From the IMG/VR virus record IMGVR_UViG_3300045988_159199: a DNA stretch of 39,458 nucleotides. One strand, given 5' to 3'. The notes under the pieces are model-generated. The model did no database searches. It was not told where the DNA came from and worked only from the letters and a program-made list of their open reading frames with translations. A program made the translations under genes and the position numbers. Each line of letters opens with the position of its first letter. Position 1 is the stretch's first letter. The DNA comes from a virus. Positions 17,718-26,202 of this stretch are shown here, in pieces.

Positions 17718-18341
17718 TTATTGGATGTCGAGGAGGCGCAGGCGGCGGATGCCGTCGGCCAGGCGCGGGGTAGATGGGGTGGAAGGCTCGTCGTGGGGCT
17801 GCTGGTCGGGGTCGAGGCCGAGCAGTGCCTTCTTGGCGCTGACTTCGGTGGCCTGGTTCATGCCGATCGGGCAGATGGAGACCTCGAAGAGATCAAGTTG
17901 ACGCAGCTCGTAGTAGCCGGGCGTGAAGGTGCCGTCGTCGTTTTTCTGCCCGTCCACCCATGCGCCTGCTTCGACGTTGTACGCGAAGCTCATCTGGCTG
18001 ACGCGGTTCTCCTTGAGGAGTTTGGCGACCTGTTTGCCGATATCCGTACTGACGTCGATGTCGCCTTCGACCTTGAGGCCGTGTTCATCCTCGATGGCGT
18101 TGGTGGTCAGGCCGAGGTTCTTGAACGGGTCGTCGGTGTCGTGGTTCCAGTAGACGGGGATTCCCGCGCCGGATTCGGGGTATCGGCTGGCAAGGGTTTG
18201 GGAGAACGCGCCTTTGATGATCTTGTCGCCGCCGAGGTCGATGTTGTCGAACACGGCGGCGTATCCGGTGAATCCGGTTGGTTCGCCTTCCTCGTTGGTC
18301 AGGGCCTTGACCGGCGTGCGGATGGTCTTGGTCAGCATCAT
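17718..18341 (-). CDS. Prohead (HK97-family) maturation protease
   Basis: ATG 18341 overlaps the portal stop (ATGA). The sequence FTGYAAVFDNIDLGGDKIIKGAF..IPVYWNHD is typical of prohead proteases. Confidence 0.8.
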   Translation of the reverse strand: MMLTKTIRTPVKALTNEEGEPTGFTGYAAVFDNIDLGGDKIIKGAFSQTLASRYPESGAGIPVYWNHDTDDPFKNLGLTTNAIEDEHGLKVEGDIDVSTDIGKQVAKLLKENRVSQMSFAYNVEAGAWVDGQKNDDGTFTPGYYELRQLDLFEVSICPIGMNQATEVSAKKALLGLDPDQQPHDEPSTPSTPRLADGIRRLRLLDIQ

Positions 18342-19618
18342 GGTTGTCCTTTCTCGGGTTCGTTGGCTGGCAGTTGGGCGTCTCCCCTGCTTTCGGTCTG
18401 CCCGTCGTTGGGGCTGGTTTGCCCTCCGATGAGCACGTTGAGCGGGGTGACGAGCCCGCTTCCTTCCTTGAGTTTTCGTCTGTTGAGGAGTTCGCGGGCT
18501 TCGTTGGTGGTGAAGATGGGTCTGCCTGTGGCGGTGACGAGTGCCTTGTATTGGGCTTCGGGGTCGCCGCGTAGTTGGGCGTCGCGGTCGAATTCGAGGT
18601 AGAGGCCCTTGTCGTAGGTCTGCAGTCTGTCGCGCAGGCACAGGTTCAGCGTCTGTTCGAATTGCACGATGTACGGGTCCAGATAGGTGCCGTACAACAT
18701 TTGCTTGAAGGCGCTGAGGTTGCTGAAGTTGCCTTCCCTGATGCCGATGATCTCGGGTGGGATGCCGTAGGCGTTGGCCACGTCGATCTTCACCTTGTCT
18801 CGGGCGTTGAGGTCGTCCACGTCGATGGGTTTGAAGCCGTTGAGCGTGGTGGCCTTCATGCCGTCGTCCAGGAGCATTCCGCCTCCGGCTCCGCTGCCGC
18901 CGCTGGTGAATTGCTTCATGCCGCGTTGGAAGCGTTCGCGGGTGGTGGAGTCGGGCCATGGCTTGTCGCGTTCGATGACGATGGGGCTTCGGATGCCGTG
19001 ACGGTTGACCTCAGCGCGGTACTTCAGGCTGGCATCGTATTCATCGAGGATTTCCCGGAGTCGGCGGCGTTTGGGTTCTCCTTTGCCGCTGGCGAAGGCG
19101 TAGCCCACGTTCATGATGATGCCGTCCGTGTGGATGTCGAATTTCGTGGGGTTGGCGGGGTCGATCCACACCTTCGCGCCGGTGGGCTCGTCGAAATCAT
19201 CGACGGTGGGTCGCCATCGGCGTGCGGGGATGCGTTTCAATCGCAGGCCATTGTCCGTCTGGTCGATGATGGCCAGGTACCGGTCGTCCAGCAGTCCGTC
19301 CTGGATGAGCGCGTACCAGAATGCGCTGGGTGGGATTGCGGGGTTTCCGCTCGGGTTGGCGACGAGCGTGGCCAATGGCCCCTCGCGCACCCGGATTCGG
19401 CTGCCGTCCGTCTCGCGTTTGTAGACCTTGAGGGGCAGGCTGCTGATCATGCGTGCGATGAAATCGGTGACTTCGCGCAATGGGTGGCTTTTCACGCCTT
19501 CGCCGTCCGGGGTGGCGTCGTAGGAGAGCAGGGGCTGGCCCGCGTCAACGACTTCGATGCCGTTGGATGCGGCCCAGTCGTTGAGCAGGCCGTTGTGGGC
19601 GAAATACAGGCCGGCCAT
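18338..19618 (-). CDS. Portal protein
   Basis: 426-aa ORF between the terminase and protease genes, with good codon usage. Confidence 0.85.
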   Translation of the reverse strand: MAGLYFAHNGLLNDWAASNGIEVVDAGQPLLSYDATPDGEGVKSHPLREVTDFIARMISSLPLKVYKRETDGSRIRVREGPLATLVANPSGNPAIPPSAFWYALIQDGLLDDRYLAIIDQTDNGLRLKRIPARRWRPTVDDFDEPTGAKVWIDPANPTKFDIHTDGIIMNVGYAFASGKGEPKRRRLREILDEYDASLKYRAEVNRHGIRSPIVIERDKPWPDSTTRERFQRGMKQFTSGGSGAGGGMLLDDGMKATTLNGFKPIDVDDLNARDKVKIDVANAYGIPPEIIGIREGNFSNLSAFKQMLYGTYLDPYIVQFEQTLNLCLRDRLQTYDKGLYLEFDRDAQLRGDPEAQYKALVTATGRPIFTTNEARELLNRRKLKEGSGLVTPLNVLIGGQTSPNDGQTESRGDAQLPANEPEKGQP

Positions 19619-19839
19619 CAGTCAGCCTCCGTAATCTGGATGAAGTCGATGCGTTCCTCGGGCAGGAGGATCAGGCCGTCGGCGCTGGTTTCGCCGGTGA
19701 TGTTGTCCACGACGCTCGCGTTTTTGAGTTCCAGCCATTCGCAGGAGTAGGCGGCGAGTGTGCCGTGCCAGGTGACGTTGTCGATGCGGGCGACGATGCG
19801 TTTGCCGATGCATCGGCGCAGTGGGTGTCGTTCGAACAT
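19618..19839 (-). CDS. Hypothetical small protein between terminase and portal
   Basis: 73-aa ORF whose stop overlaps the portal start. Confidence 0.55.
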   Translation of the reverse strand: MFERHPLRRCIGKRIVARIDNVTWHGTLAAYSCEWLELKNASVVDNITGETSADGLILLPEERIDFIQITEAD

Positions 19840-19853
19840 GCCGGTTCCTTTCG

Positions 19854-21431
19854 TCAGAAGGTGAGGAGGTCGTAGGTTTCGTATGCGCTGTGTTCGGGTT
19901 CAGGCGGCTCACAGGTTTCGAGCCCGTAGAGGGCCACGGTGATCGCCGCGACGCCGCTGATGTCCACGATCGATCTGCGCCGGTCCCATGCCTCGTTTTC
20001 GGCGATGACCTTGGTCACGCCGCCTTCGATGGCCTGGTCCACGAGCGGCTGTGGCGCGTGGATGAGCCGGTGTTCGCGCACCCGGTCTCGCAGGCGTCCG
20101 GTCGCGAGACCGATGTGGCTGCCGTCGATCTCATGGACGGTGAAGCCGAGCTGCTTCAGTGGTTCGATGAATTCCATGGCTGGGCAACCTTTGGATTGGA
20201 TTGCCACCTCCCACATGCCGGATTCCTCGGCCAGATGCTGCATGTATTCGGGCACCCACATCAGGCCTTTGCGCCGTTCGCGCAGACTGACCACCGGGTT
20301 GCCGTTGGCGTCGAGCACCGCTGCGGCGATCCAGCTGTGCGAGCGGTCCACGCTCACGTCGATTCCCCACACGGTGCGTGCACCGGTGGGGATTCGGATG
20401 TCGAATGGTTTTGCCAAGGTGTTCGTCCAATCGTTGACGTCGATGTAGCCCTCGACCTTCGCGGTGACCCATTGGCAGAGGTCTTCGGTCCGGTATCCGG
20501 CGTCGGTCATGCCGGGGATGTCGGCGAGCACGCCTTCCACCGTCTGCGAGCCGAATCCGATGCTGGGGTTGGATTGGAGTATCGCCTCCACGTCGTCTTT
20601 CGGGCAGTCGGGTTCGGCGCTCCATTCGAACAGCGCGAGCGAGCAGTCATGCCGGGCCGCGTATTCGGCGGCGTCCATGAGTCCTGATTCGACGGTGCGA
20701 TGCCAGGCGTCGATGAATTCGATGGCCGCGTCACGCTGTTGAATGAGGACCACGCTGGTGCTGTCGCCCGCGTTGCTGATGCCCCACAATTGGCCGTTCC
20801 AGAAGCTCTTCATGGTCGGGCTCAATGCGTTCCATGCTGCCCAGTCCTTCTGCTCGCGCAGTTCGTCCATGATGACGCGGGCTGCCGGCTTGCCTCGCGC
20901 GTTCTTCGCGGCGCGGATCTCGTAGACGGCGAGTGCACGGCTTTTGATGTATTCCTTGCCGTTCGTGTCGCTCACTTTGGCGGTCGCGGCCTGCAGGGTG
21001 GGGATCGCGGCGGCCTGTTCCTCGATGGTCTCCGGCTGCGGGTCGCACCAGAGTTTCACGCTGTTCCATGGTTCTCGGGCGATGTCGAGGTTCTGCGCGG
21101 TGCCGACGATTTTAAATCTCAACGGGGGCACGCGGTCGGGGTGGCGTTGGCTGTCCACGTGCAGCCACCATGAGGCGAGCACGCTGGCCACCAGGGTCTT
21201 GCCGTTCTGCCGGCCGACGAGCACGATGATGCGCCGGTACCGGTAGGTGATCCCGTCCTCCAACAGCTCCAACGCGTGGATGAGCAGCCACTGCTGCCAC
21301 GGGTAGAGTTCGATGTGCAGGATCTGGCGAGCGTAGTCGATGACCTCGAAGCCCAAGGATGTGTCCGGGGTGAGCTCGCGCAGCGGCTTCGTCCACAGCC
21401 TCGGTTCGGTGCGGCCGTAATGCTTCGACAT
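19854..21431 (-). CDS. Terminase large subunit
   Basis: Walker A-like VLVGRQNGKT is present. The call is also supported by the 525-aa size and the position after the small subunit. Confidence 0.9.
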   Translation of the reverse strand: MSKHYGRTEPRLWTKPLRELTPDTSLGFEVIDYARQILHIELYPWQQWLLIHALELLEDGITYRYRRIIVLVGRQNGKTLVASVLASWWLHVDSQRHPDRVPPLRFKIVGTAQNLDIAREPWNSVKLWCDPQPETIEEQAAAIPTLQAATAKVSDTNGKEYIKSRALAVYEIRAAKNARGKPAARVIMDELREQKDWAAWNALSPTMKSFWNGQLWGISNAGDSTSVVLIQQRDAAIEFIDAWHRTVESGLMDAAEYAARHDCSLALFEWSAEPDCPKDDVEAILQSNPSIGFGSQTVEGVLADIPGMTDAGYRTEDLCQWVTAKVEGYIDVNDWTNTLAKPFDIRIPTGARTVWGIDVSVDRSHSWIAAAVLDANGNPVVSLRERRKGLMWVPEYMQHLAEESGMWEVAIQSKGCPAMEFIEPLKQLGFTVHEIDGSHIGLATGRLRDRVREHRLIHAPQPLVDQAIEGGVTKVIAENEAWDRRRSIVDISGVAAITVALYGLETCEPPEPEHSAYETYDLLTF

Positions 21432-21453
21432 GGCTGCTCCGATCCTCCCAGGT

Positions 21454-22065
21454 CTAGATGCCGAACTTGCGGCGACGGAACGCCGTGAGCTCGTCCACCG
21501 GCTCGCCGTCCGATTCGGCCGCTGCGGCGCCGGCGTACTCCTTGAGCTGTTTCCTCGCCGCGGGCGTCGCGCCGAGCTCTCGCAGCACGTTCATCAGGTG
21601 AGGCACCAGATACAGGGCCTTGGTGACCTCCTGCCCCTGGCCGTGGCGCAGCGCGTAGTCGATCTGCCGGGCCACCGCCCGTCCGGTCGCCACCAATGCG
21701 GAATCCGCGTCGGTGATGGCCAGCGCCTTGAGCGTCGCCTCATAGCTGGCGGTGATGCCCTCATGATCGCCAGGCTTGTCCAATAGGCGCATGCGTTTCT
21801 CGCTCAGGGACAGGCACGTGCTCATGGCCGCGGAATCACCCTTCTTGGCCAATGGGTATTCGATCCTGAACATGGCGTCGATGCGTTCCAGCTCGAGCTG
21901 GCGTTCGGTGTCGTAGTCCTTGCCCTTGCGCTTCTCGGCCAAGGCACGGCGTATCGCCGCCTCGGCCGACGTGACGGTCTTGAAACCAAGCTCGTCACGA
22001 ATCCTCTGCAACGGTTCGGCGCCCATGAACATGTCAAGAGCCCGCTGATCCTTGGAAGCACTCAT
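21454..22065 (-). CDS. Terminase small subunit (putative)
   Basis: ATG 22065. The N-terminal HTH-like segment RIRDELGFKTVTSAEAAIRRAL is followed by a helical region. The gene is directly upstream of the large subunit. Confidence 0.65.
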   Translation of the reverse strand: MSASKDQRALDMFMGAEPLQRIRDELGFKTVTSAEAAIRRALAEKRKGKDYDTERQLELERIDAMFRIEYPLAKKGDSAAMSTCLSLSEKRMRLLDKPGDHEGITASYEATLKALAITDADSALVATGRAVARQIDYALRHGQGQEVTKALYLVPHLMNVLRELGATPAARKQLKEYAGAAAAESDGEPVDELTAFRRRKFGI

Positions 22066-22096
22066 AATCAACCCCCAATCAGCCGAACTGGCGGCA

Positions 22097-22144
22097 AAAC
22101 AACCCAATTACCAACCAAACAACCCGAGCCACCGGAAAACAACC
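22097..22144. repeat. Three AAACAACC direct repeats at exact 20-bp phasing upstream of terS (candidate packaging-recognition sites)
   Basis: Copies at 22097-22104, 22117-22124 and 22137-22144, within a strand-asymmetric C/A-rich non-coding stretch (22066-22317). Confidence 0.45.
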
Positions 22145-22317
22145 GGAAAAGACCAGTAAAAATACGCCCCTCAGAAACGGCGGAATAAAGCCGATTCCGA
22201 GCCCTCGCGCGCGATAGGGTGGCCAGGTCAGGAGAGGGAGGAAAAGTGCGCGCGGGAGGGTGGGCCTACCGACATCGGTCTGCAAATCCGCACTCCCCTA
22301 CCCCACCGGCGAGGCAA

Positions 22318-22668
22318 TCACACACCCAACGACGTGTAAACGATCGCTCCGGACATGCGGAACGAGTCAAGCACCATGTCGATGTGCTCATTGCGCTCGC
22401 CGACATGCAGCACGGCGCTGGCGCGACGGCCACGGGCCGGACCGATGGGCGCGAAAGCTTCAAGCCTGCCTTGCTGCGCGGTCACCGATCGCAGGTGGCC
22501 GTTGTTGGCGATCGTTGGACGGAGCTTGGCCTTGCGCACGAGATGCCGGACGCTGTTGTATTCGGCGCGCACCGGTGCCATGTATCGGCCGATGATCAGT
22601 ATCGTGCATGACGGATCCTCGTCGAGCATCATGGCCAATCGTTGGCAGATGCTGTGGTCGTTGTCCAT
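22318..22668 (-). CDS. Hypothetical protein
   Basis: 116-aa ORF with RBS AAGGA and strong C/G-ending codon usage. It lies between the HNH gene and the packaging region. Confidence 0.65.
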   Translation of the reverse strand: MDNDHSICQRLAMMLDEDPSCTILIIGRYMAPVRAEYNSVRHLVRKAKLRPTIANNGHLRSVTAQQGRLEAFAPIGPARGRRASAVLHVGERNEHIDMVLDSFRMSGAIVYTSLGV

Positions 22669-22695
22669 GACGCAAGTCCTTTCGTATGTAGCTCA

Positions 22696-23010
22696 TCACC
22701 ACCAGGCGGGGATGACGTCGCCCAGATCGAGCCGAGGCTGGCCGGCGCCGCGCTCGCGGTTGCATTTGCGGTGTGAGTGGCGGAAGCCTGCGGGATCGTC
22801 CTGCAGGTCTGGATAGTCGCGCACCGGGTAATAATGGTCGAGCTCATGGCTCGCGTCCGTGGTGCCGGGCGGCACGCTGTAGTCGATGCGCTTGTGGCAG
22901 ATCCAGCAATCGGCGGCGGGGCTTCCCTCGGAGTCCAGGCGCTTGCCTTCCTCGAAGAACGCCTGCTTGGCTTTCTCGAAAGCACGGTTATGCGTACGGT
23001 TGGAACTCAT
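22696..23010 (-). CDS. HNH endonuclease (terminase-associated type)
   Basis: CWICHKRIDY...HELDHYYPV...FRHSHRKCN. The start is placed at ATG 23010. Confidence 0.8.
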   Translation of the reverse strand: MSSNRTHNRAFEKAKQAFFEEGKRLDSEGSPAADCWICHKRIDYSVPPGTTDASHELDHYYPVRDYPDLQDDPAGFRHSHRKCNRERGAGQPRLDLGDVIPAWW

Positions 23011-23054
23011 GCGCCGACCCTGAAGAATTTCGAGGAGATATACGAAAGGCCACC

Positions 23055-23070
23055 TCCATGATCTCATGGA
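23055..23070. promoter_or_regulatory. Perfect 16-bp palindrome TCCATGATCTCATGGA in the leader of the late operon
   Basis: 7+2+7 palindrome located between the predicted promoter and the HNH start codon. Confidence 0.4.
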
Positions 23071-23088
23071 AATGACCAACTATAGACA

Positions 23089-23117
23089 TGTATACGTGGA
23101 CAGTTCGCATTTGTCAA
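23089..23117 (-). promoter_or_regulatory. Sigma-70-like promoter TTGACA-17 bp-TATACA reading into the HNH/packaging/structural operon
   Basis: On the minus strand, -35 is at 23117-23112, -10 is at 23094-23089 and the spacer is 17 nt. It lies in an AT-richer 130-bp intergenic gap. Confidence 0.5.
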
Positions 23118-23139
23118 ATCCCGTGAACAGATTCACCGA

Positions 23140-23850
23140 TCACCCATCCTTGCGCACATGCGCTTGCCACACATCCCACACCAGGAACACCGGGCGCTCG
23201 CCGTCCATTCCCACCGGCTGGATAAGCCCGCGAGCGCCCCAATGTGAGATTGTGTTGCTCTTGATATCGATGCCCCATGGTTGTAGTAGGCGGCTGATTT
23301 CGGCTGCTGTTCCTCGTGATTCTCCGACTGCGAGTCTGAGCATGCTGGCGCGTTGGATGTCTTTGATGCGGTATTCTCCGGAGCATCTGTCGCATGCCTT
23401 GTACCCGGATTTAAGTTCGAGTTCGTCGCAGCGCAGTTCGAACCCGCAGGCTGGGCACCAGCCGATCATTTTGGTTTCCGGTGGCGGGTTGAGTGTGCGG
23501 TCGAGCCTGATGGCGGCCTGTCGGGTCAGTTCCACGATGGCGGGCATGTCGGGCCGGTTCAGGAGTCGTGGCTCGTAGCGCATGATGCCCTTGAGCAGTG
23601 AGACCGTGTCCATGTGCCGGTAGCGCAGGCCGATAGCCGTGGCCAGTGATTCGACGAGCCGGTCGATGTCCTGTCTGAGTTGCCATGCGCCCAGATTCAA
23701 CGGGATCGGCGCCACGCTCCTCGTGCCGTGGCCGGAGTGGCGGGCCATCACGCTGGCCTTGCGTTCGGCGATCAGGCACAGCACCCCGTAACCGTCCGCC
23801 AGCGAGCGCAGGTCGTGGTGGAATCGTTTGGCGGTGGTGGTTGATGCCAT
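23140..23850 (-). CDS. Hypothetical protein with zinc ribbon (CPACG..CDRCS) and C-terminal HTH-like segment
   Basis: 236-aa ORF. Motifs seen: WCPACGFELRCDE..YKACDRCSGEY and GTAAEISRLLQPWGIDIKSNTISHW. Confidence 0.7.
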   Translation of the reverse strand: MASTTTAKRFHHDLRSLADGYGVLCLIAERKASVMARHSGHGTRSVAPIPLNLGAWQLRQDIDRLVESLATAIGLRYRHMDTVSLLKGIMRYEPRLLNRPDMPAIVELTRQAAIRLDRTLNPPPETKMIGWCPACGFELRCDELELKSGYKACDRCSGEYRIKDIQRASMLRLAVGESRGTAAEISRLLQPWGIDIKSNTISHWGARGLIQPVGMDGERPVFLVWDVWQAHVRKDG

Positions 23851-23940
23851 GATGCCCCTCTGGTCTTGGTGGTGTGTTGGTTGCGTGTGGTTGGCATCAG
23901 GCCCGTGTCCATTGTCTCATGCCTGGTGTCGTCTTGCGGG

Positions 23941-24066
23941 TTATTGGAATACCCATATGGCGAGTTTGATGAGCAGGAGGATGACGGCTGTTCCCCATGC
24001 GGTGATGGTGACGCCGGTGACGATGTTGGTGAGGATGTCGTTGAATCGGTTTGGCTTGTGGTTCAT
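23941..24066 (-). CDS. Small membrane protein (41 aa, 1 TM)
   Basis: Not in the ORF track because it is under 60 aa. Sequence: MNHKPNRFNDILTNIVTGVTITAWGTAVILLLIKLAIWVFQ. Nearly all codons end in C or G. Confidence 0.55.
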   Translation of the reverse strand: MNHKPNRFNDILTNIVTGVTITAWGTAVILLLIKLAIWVFQ

Positions 24067-24073
24067 CAGTGTC

Positions 24074-24304
24074 CTATTCGATGGTGTATTCGCGTGGGTG
24101 TTCGTCTCGCTGGTTTTGTCGTTTGATGCGGCTGATGAGTCGTTGGGCTGCGCGGTCGGCTCCGTGGCTGGTTAGGGCCCATGCGTGGTGTCGTCGTTCG
24201 TATTCGCGGTGGGTGCCGTCGGTGGCGAATTCGTTGATGACGATGTCGTATCCGATGTTGGTGCGGGTGATGGCGACTTTGTATGTGTGTTTCAGGATTG
24301 CCAT
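24074..24304 (-). CDS. Hypothetical protein
   Basis: 76-aa ORF with good codon usage in the early operon. Confidence 0.6.
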   Translation of the reverse strand: MAILKHTYKVAITRTNIGYDIVINEFATDGTHREYERRHHAWALTSHGADRAAQRLISRIKRQNQRDEHPREYTIE

Positions 24305-24495
24305 TGGGGTTCCTCCGGTATGTCTCGGTCGAGGACTTGTGTGAGGAACTTGTTGAGTTCCTGTACGTCACGCCAATCGATTTCATGTTCTATCGAGTGG
24401 TCGAAGCGGACTTTGAATTGTCCTGCTGGCGTGACCCCCATCATGAGCGTGGTGTGGTTTTTGGTTTCGATTTCGATGGACTGCTTGACGCTCAT
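24292..24495 (-). CDS. Hypothetical protein
   Basis: ATG 24495 overlaps the lipoprotein stop (ATGA). The product is 67 aa. Confidence 0.55.
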   Translation of the reverse strand: MSVKQSIEIETKNHTTLMMGVTPAGQFKVRFDHSIEHEIDWRDVQELNKFLTQVLDRDIPEEPQWQS

Positions 24496-24779
24496 TCCGT
24501 CCATCCTTTGTCGGCTCCGTCCGCGTGGGCCCAGTCGCAGGAGATGCCGGCGTTGCTGTTGTGTGCGATGCAGGTCACGCGTCGGCTGTCCGGCATGGTG
24601 ATCGTGCAGGTTTCCCACTGGGCGTTGTAGGTGGAGCATTCGCTCTGCGTGACCGCTTCAGTGTGCTTGTCGGCCGACGAGTCGATGGGAGTGCCCTCGC
24701 AGCCTGCGAGCGCGGTGATGCAAAACATGATGGCGGCCAGTGCGAGAATGCGTTTGGCTAATGTAATTCGCTGGTTCAC
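24492..24779 (-). CDS. Predicted lipoprotein (lipobox LAGC)
   Basis: MNQRITLAKRILALAAIMFCITALAG|CEG: a basic N-terminus, a hydrophobic core and the Cys. The mature part carries 5 more Cys. Confidence 0.75.
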   Translation of the reverse strand: MNQRITLAKRILALAAIMFCITALAGCEGTPIDSSADKHTEAVTQSECSTYNAQWETCTITMPDSRRVTCIAHNSNAGISCDWAHADGADKGWTE

Positions 24780-24901
24780 TGCTTATCCTCCGTTTCCGCC
24801 TGATCGTCGGTGATGTAGTTCTTGGGTGTGAGGGTGATGGTGATCTGGCAGTCGGCGGCGAGTGCCTGGTGGATGAGGCTGGTGATGTCCGCGTTGTTCA
24901 T
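24776..24901 (-). CDS. Hypothetical small protein (41 aa)
   Basis: ATGA overlaps at both ends. Sequence: MNNADITSLIHQALAADCQITITLTPKNYITDDQAETEDKQ. GC3 is high. Confidence 0.55.
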   Translation of the reverse strand: MNNADITSLIHQALAADCQITITLTPKNYITDDQAETEDKQ

Positions 24902-25206
24902 TGCGGATTCCTTTCGTTGGTTGGTTGTTTGGTTTGTCGGGTGACGGTCAGGCTGCGGATGTGTGGTTGGAGGATTGCAGTGCCGTGTTTGGGGTTGAGG
25001 GACAGGATGCGCAGTTGTCCGAGGCAGAGGTCTCGGTCGTGGAGCACGAACCGGGTGAGCTGGTATTCGGGGGTGAAGGGCGGGATGGCTTTGAGGTATC
25101 CGTCGATGATCGTGCCGTCCACGGTGGTGATGATGCACCGGTGGCCGTCGAGCTCTTCCGGCGTGGCGGTTCGCCAGTCGATGGTGGCTTGCACGCTGCC
25201 CATCAT
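24898..25206 (-). CDS. Hypothetical protein
   Basis: ATG 25206 overlaps the initiator stop (ATGA). The product is 102 aa. The upstream part of ORF 24898-25521 is Arg/Pro junk. Confidence 0.6.
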   Translation of the reverse strand: MMGSVQATIDWRTATPEELDGHRCIITTVDGTIIDGYLKAIPPFTPEYQLTRFVLHDRDLCLGQLRILSLNPKHGTAILQPHIRSLTVTRQTKQPTNERNPQ

Positions 25207-26198
25207 GCGGCCTCGTCCAGTTCGCCCCGGTCGATGGCCTGGCACAGGAGTTCCACGATGCGGGCCGCGTCGGTGCCTTGGGCGAGCAGGCGGGTGACGT
25301 GTGGCAGCCAACGCAGGCGCTCGCCGTCGTCGGGTTGGCGGTTTTTGAGTGGTGTGCTGGTGTCGAGGAGTTTGCGGGCTCGGCGTTCGAGTTCCGTGGC
25401 TTGGTCGGTGGGTGTGGTCGTGGTTTCGGTCGGGGTGCCGATGTTGAGTTCGCGGCCGCGTTTGACCCAGTTGCGCCATGCGGCGTCGAGGTCGTAGGGG
25501 ATTTTTCCGTTGGCGCGGCATGTGTCCTTGAATTTTTCGAGCTCCCAGTCGGGGTCGAGTCCGTAGCCGGCGGCGAGCGCGGTGAGGTCTGGTGTCGGCT
25601 GGTAGAGGGCGAGCGCCTGTTTGCGGGAGTCGAACGTTTGTTCGATGGTTGTTTTTGTTTTTTGCGCGCGCGTACTCTCTCTTGGTGGTTCTAATGATGG
25701 TTCTTTAAGAGATTGGGTGTCATGGGTGACACCCCGTGGCGTCATGGGTGACACCCCGTGATGGTCATGGGTGACACCCCGTGTGGTCATGGGTGACACC
25801 CCGTGGTTGGGTTGCGGGGTGTCATGGGTGCTACCCCGTGAATCTGACGGGGTGTCACTGGTGCTACCCCGTTTTTTCGTGGTTTGCTTGTTCTTACGGT
25901 TTTTGTATTCGACGTGGTTGTGGCCGTCGAGGGTGATGTGGTAGACGTAGGGGCTTCGGTCTGCGCGGTAGCGGGTGCCGTAGTCTTCGTCTCGGGTGAT
26001 GAGCCCGTGGTCTTCGAGGTAGCGCAGGGCTCGTTGCACGGTGCTTGCGCTGGCTTCGCCTTCGGCCATGAGCCGGTCGATGCTTGGCCATGCGCGGTTG
26101 TTCTCGTCCGCGTAGTCGCACAGGATCAACAGGAAGAGTTTGGCGGAGCGGTCGCCGACCTTGATTCTTTTCGCCCGCCCGTACAGCAGTGAGCTCAT
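25203..26198 (-). CDS. Replication initiator / replisome organiser with N-terminal winged-helix domain
   Basis: WPSIDRLMAEGEASASTVQRALRYLEDHGLI. The iteron array lies inside the coding sequence and is translated as GVSPMT/GVTHD repeats. Confidence 0.7.
   Translation of the reverse strand: MSSLLYGRAKRIKVGDRSAKLFLLILCDYADENNRAWPSIDRLMAEGEASASTVQRALRYLEDHGLITRDEDYGTRYRADRSPYVYHITLDGHNHVEYKNRKNKQTTKKRGSTSDTPSDSRGSTHDTPQPNHGVSPMTTRGVTHDHHGVSPMTPRGVTHDTQSLKEPSLEPPRESTRAQKTKTTIEQTFDSRKQALALYQPTPDLTALAAGYGLDPDWELEKFKDTCRANGKIPYDLDAAWRNWVKRGRELNIGTPTETTTTPTDQATELERRARKLLDTSTPLKNRQPDDGERLRWLPHVTRLLAQGTDAARIVELLCQAIDRGELDEAA
25719..25873. repeat. Iteron array (putative phage origin): 4 exact plus 2 variant copies of GTCATGGGTGACACCCCGTG
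   Basis: Exact copies start at 25719, 25741, 25764 and 25786 (22-23 bp period). Variants are at 25821-25840 and 25854-25873. AT-richer flanks lie at 25681-25715 and 25870-25900. Confidence 0.7.
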
Positions 26199-26202
26199 GA
26201 TG

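Noticed and set aside
16433-19750. Long plus-strand ORFs (16433-17773, 17460-18602, 18575-19750) across capsid, protease and portal
   Set aside because: They are shadow frames (Gly/Val/Ala/Asp-rich) lacking RBSs. The minus-strand genes have recognisable capsid, protease and portal features and coupled start/stop junctions.
25719-25873. Possible CRISPR array
   Set aside because: The repeats are contiguous with a 22-23 bp period and no spacers, lie inside a coding sequence, and no cas genes are present. They are interpreted as iterons.
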